Notes under the pieces: generated by a model
Database searches by the model: none
Seen by the model: the letters and a program-made list of their open reading frames with translations, nothing else
What the model was told of the DNA's origin: nothing
Shown: positions 1 through 64,000 of the stretch, piece by piece
How positions within the stretch are numbered: the stretch's first letter is position 1
Layout of the letters: the number at the start of each line of letters is the position of its first letter
DNA from: Octopus vulgaris
Taxonomy: Eukaryota
Reading direction: 5' to 3'
Length of the DNA stretch: 64,000 nt
Assembly: GCA_951406725.2 (NCBI GenBank)
Contig: OX597818.1
Span: forward strand, 39,680,001-39,744,000
Translations under genes and position numbers: made by a program

Positions 1-287
1 ACAAGGAAGATATTTTTTCCTATTGTTATTAAATTTGAACATTTTAAATCTTTTACAGAACGACAGAAAGATTTATCCAGAGAAACCTTTTCCTCAAAAC
101 ATAAGAATTAACACTAGAATATTTAATGCAGAAAGTCAAAACTTTTTAATCAACTCAAATTATACTTTACTAGTTTATCTTTTACTTGTTTCAGTCATTG
201 GACTGCGACCATGCTGTGGCACAACTTTGAAGTGTTTAGTTGAACAAATTGATCCCAGTATTTATGGTTTTAAGAGTAGCACTTATT

Positions 288-335
288 CTAATAATAATAA
301 TAATAATGATAATAATAATAATAATGATGACGATG

Positions 336-400
<65 letters not shown>

Positions 401-407
401 GATGATG

Positions 408-456
<49 letters not shown>
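288..456. repeat. (AAT)n/(GAT)n microsatellite
   Basis: Read directly. Confidence 0.97.
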
Positions 457-457
<1 letters not shown>

Positions 458-1440
458 CAAGAAAAGAGGGAGAAGAGGATGAAAGGTAAAATTGACACTG
501 CTGGAATTTGAACTCAGAATATATAAATAGATGAAATGTTGTGATACCCGTGCCGGTGACACATTGGGCCTCACAGTGGAAATGACGAAAGACCGAGACC
601 TCTGAGATATACTGTGACTGCGAAGACCCAACAAATGAAGTGAGTTCATGGTCCGCAGGATGGCCTGCTGTGCTAACTTTGGATCGTAGAGTGACCCGTT
701 GTGCTTGAGGAGACCTATTGAGTCAAGTACCATGCCAGTGGCATGTAAAAAGCACCATCTGAATGTGGCTGATGCCAGCGCTGCCTGACTGGCGTCTGTG
801 TTGGTGACACGTAAAAAGCACCAACCGATCTTGGCCATTTGCCAGCCTCCTTTGTCCCCTGTGCCGGTGGCACGTAAAAAGCACCACTACACTCACGGAG
901 TGGTTGGTGTTAGGAAGGGAATCCAGCCATAGAAACACTGCCAGATCAGACTGGGACCTGGTGCAGCCTCCTGGCTTCCCAGACTCCTATTTCTTTACTA
1001 CCCACAAGGGGCTAAACACAGAGAGGACAAACAAGGACAGACAAACGGATTAAGTTGATTATATCGACTCCAGTGCGTAACTGGTACTTATTTAATCGAC
1101 CCCGAAAGAATGAAAGGCAAAGTCGACCTCGGCGGAATTTGAACTCAGAACGTAACAGCAGGCGAAATACCGCTAAGCATTTCGCCCGGTGTACTAACGG
1201 TTCTGCCAGCTAGTCAGACTCCTGTCGAACCGTCCAACCCATGCTAGCATGGAAAACAAACGTTAAACGATGATGATGATGTTGCTTAGATTCCTAATGA
1301 TTCTACCAATGTTACAAGGTTTCCTACGTCCAGTTTACTAGAATCTTACCACACTCTATACAGATGATAGGGTAAAAGTATGATTGAAAATCACTTTTAT
1401 GTACCAGAAGACTATTGCAATTGTTTTCTGTTTATATGAG

Positions 1441-1503
1441 TTAGACATAGGAAGTTCCAGTGCTTATGACCATCGAAGGCTTTCTTAAACTATTACTGGT
1501 AAA
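1441..1503 (-). CDS. Candidate terminal exon: FTSNSLRKPSMVISTGTSYV-stop
   Basis: Strong acceptor ctcttgtctatcttttacttgcag; phase 0 gives 20 codons then TAA. No homology support. Confidence 0.3.
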   Translation of the reverse strand, partial: FTSNSLRKPSMVISTGTSYV

Positions 1504-2899
1504 CTGCAAGTAAAAGATAGACAAGAGGGGAACTGAGGTAGTTTGGGGAAAGATGCTTGAAACAATGAATTCTGGCAAATCATCATTATCATCATCATCA
1601 TCGTCTGCTTTCCATGCTGGCATGGGTTGGACAGTCTGAATGAGGACTGGCAAGCCAGTAGGCTGCACCAGGCTCCAGTCTGATTTGGCAAGGTTTCTAC
1701 AGCTGGATGCCCTTCCTGACACCAACCACTCCAAGAGTGTACTGGGTACATTTTACTTGCCGCCAGCTAGTCAGGGGGCACTGACATCGACCACATTTGC
1801 ATGGTGCTTTTTATGTGCCACCGGCACAGGAGCCAGTCAGGGGGCTGGCACATGGCCAGTGATTTCAGGGGTGTAATTTGATTACATTTATTCCAGGACT
1901 CAACTGATACTAATTCTATTGACCCCAAAAGAATGATAGGCAAAGTTGGCCCGGGCAAAATTTGAACTCAGAATATAAAGATGGGCAAAATGCCACAAAG
2001 CATTTTGCCCTGCATGCTAATGATTCTGCCAGCTTAACACCTTAGCTTAATGAGTAAAATCAAATTTTGGCACAGGGCCAGCAATTTCAGAGAAAGGAGA
2101 TAAGTCAATTACATTGACCCCTAGTGCTAAAATGGTACTTATTTCATCGACCTTAAAAGGATCAAAGGCAAAGTTGACCTCAGTAGAATTTGAACACAGA
2201 GAATGTAAAAACTGATAAAATGCCACTAAGCAGTTTTCTCAGTATGCTAACAATTCTACCAGCTCGACACCTTAGCTTAACGAATTAGCTTAGAAAAGAC
2301 AAGAGGGACAATTTCAGAATTTTAAACCAATTAAAATCAATTCAAAATAGGATGGAGTCAGGAGTGATTTGATGTTTGGCAGTAATGTGCTAATTCTGGA
2401 CATGTTTTCATCATATAACTCATCAACAAAAACCCAATCTAAATATAAGTATTACTATCACAGCTGAATCATCATCATCATCATCATCATCATCATTGCT
2501 TAACGTCTGTTTTCCATGCTGGCATGGGTTGGATGGTTTGGCTCCAAATCAGATTGGAGCCTGGTGCAGCGGGCAGCTCTTCAGACTGAGGTCTTGAGAG
2601 CCGGCCGCTGCACCAAGCTCCAATCTGATTTGGCAATGTTTCTACAGCCGGTTGCCCTTCCTCATGCCAACCATTCTGAGAGTGTAGTGAGTGCTTTTTA
2701 TGTGCCATCAGCACAGGATCCATTCAGGCGAGCCTGGCATCAATCACGTTTGGATAGTGCTTTTTACATGCCACCGGCACAGAAGCTAGTGAGGCAGACT
2801 TGGCATTGACTGCGTTCAGATGGTGCTTCTTACATGCCACTGGCACAGGAGCCAGTCAGGGGACACTGGCCACAGCTATAATTTCCATTCACGAAGTAT

Positions 2900-3417
2900 G
2901 CTGTGCGTGGGAAGACCCGGCAGGACAAGGTGAGACCATAACCAGTGGCCTCTACCTGGGATGTAGCCAGCCCACTTATGCATACCTTTCCTTCTTGTGA
3001 CACAAACCCTACTTGTGAAGACCTGTTGAGGCAAGTGAAAATCAAAATCGAAATCGATCAACATCAATGGAAATTGTAGCTGTGATACCAGTGCCAGTGG
3101 CACATAAAAGAACCATCCGAACGTGGCTGTTGCCAGCGCTGCTCCAACTGGCCTCCATGCCGGTGGCACGTAAAAAGCACCATCTGATTGTAGTCGTTTG
3201 CCAGACTCGTCTGGCACCTGTGCAGGTGGCACATAAAAAGCACCCACTACACTCACGGAGTGGTTGGCATTAGGAAGGGCATCCAGCTGTAGAAACACTG
3301 CCAGATCAGACTGGGCCTGGCACAGCCTACTGGCTCCCCAGACCCCAGTTGAACCGTCCAACCCATGCTAGCATGGAAAACGGACGTTAAACGATGATGA
3401 TGATGATGATGATGATG
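2900..3417 (+). mobile_element. RTE-type 3' UTR repeat with tandem gtgccggtggcacgtaaaaagcacc subunits and (GAT)n tail (representative copy)
   Basis: Further copies at about 540-1280+, 1582-1860-, 2470-2890-, 5460-5775-, 8720-8990-, 9840-10308-, 12050-12510-, 18798-19000+, 19845-20103-, 21110-21525-, 28958-29620-, 38853-39202+, 42527-42990-, 43795-44243+. Confidence 0.85.
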
Positions 3418-3470
3418 AATTTCATGAGAAAAATATAACAGAAAATGTATTAAATTCTGAAATTACTTAC

Positions 3471-63786
<60,316 letters not shown>

Positions 63787-64000
63787 CTGAAATTTGAAAA
63801 AGGTCAGCAACATATGAAAATTTAAGAAATATCTTTTGTTGTGTTTATCTTTTAGCTAAAGGTGATTTTTATGATTTTATGTGTTCATAATAAATAAAAC
63901 AAATTAAATAAAACAAACGCACTCAGAGAGTGCAACCTTCCGCCAGGGCAACACCAACGTCCTCTCAACAATTAGTTGGAGATGATTTTTAAAATGAGAA

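Noticed and set aside
23-511. Poly-N/D, poly-I, YIYI, MYVC, IYLS, ERER and similar ORFs throughout the track
   Set aside because: Translations of microsatellites, open in several frames at once and lacking splice context.

Overview
AT-rich, repeat-dense eukaryotic DNA whose SINE/LINE complement and microsatellite load point to an octopod cephalopod (inference). The ORF track is almost entirely microsatellite and TE noise. Reading splice sites by hand on the minus strand gives one multi-exon gene across nearly the whole window: 22 exons (63786 down to 3471), all GT-AG, all phases compatible, 3142 nt or about 1047 codons with no stop. The 5' end lies beyond the right edge and the terminal exon is uncertain. 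The protein belongs to the stereocilin/otoancorin (mesothelin superfamily) group. Where the vertebrate proteins end, it continues with six tandem three-exon modules (phases 0-2, 2-1, 1-0; one Cys in each A exon and one in each B exon). The last slot is a 140-aa Asp-rich exon with GSGDD glycosaminoglycan-type motifs. Introns hold several tRNA-derived SINE families, RTE, R4/Dong, Penelope-like and CR1-like remnants, mariner copies, piggyBac- and hAT-type MITEs, foldbacks, a solo LTR, minimal hammerhead-ribozyme motifs and a tandem array of in-frame duplicated splice acceptors. All coordinates and counts are manual; no database searches were run.
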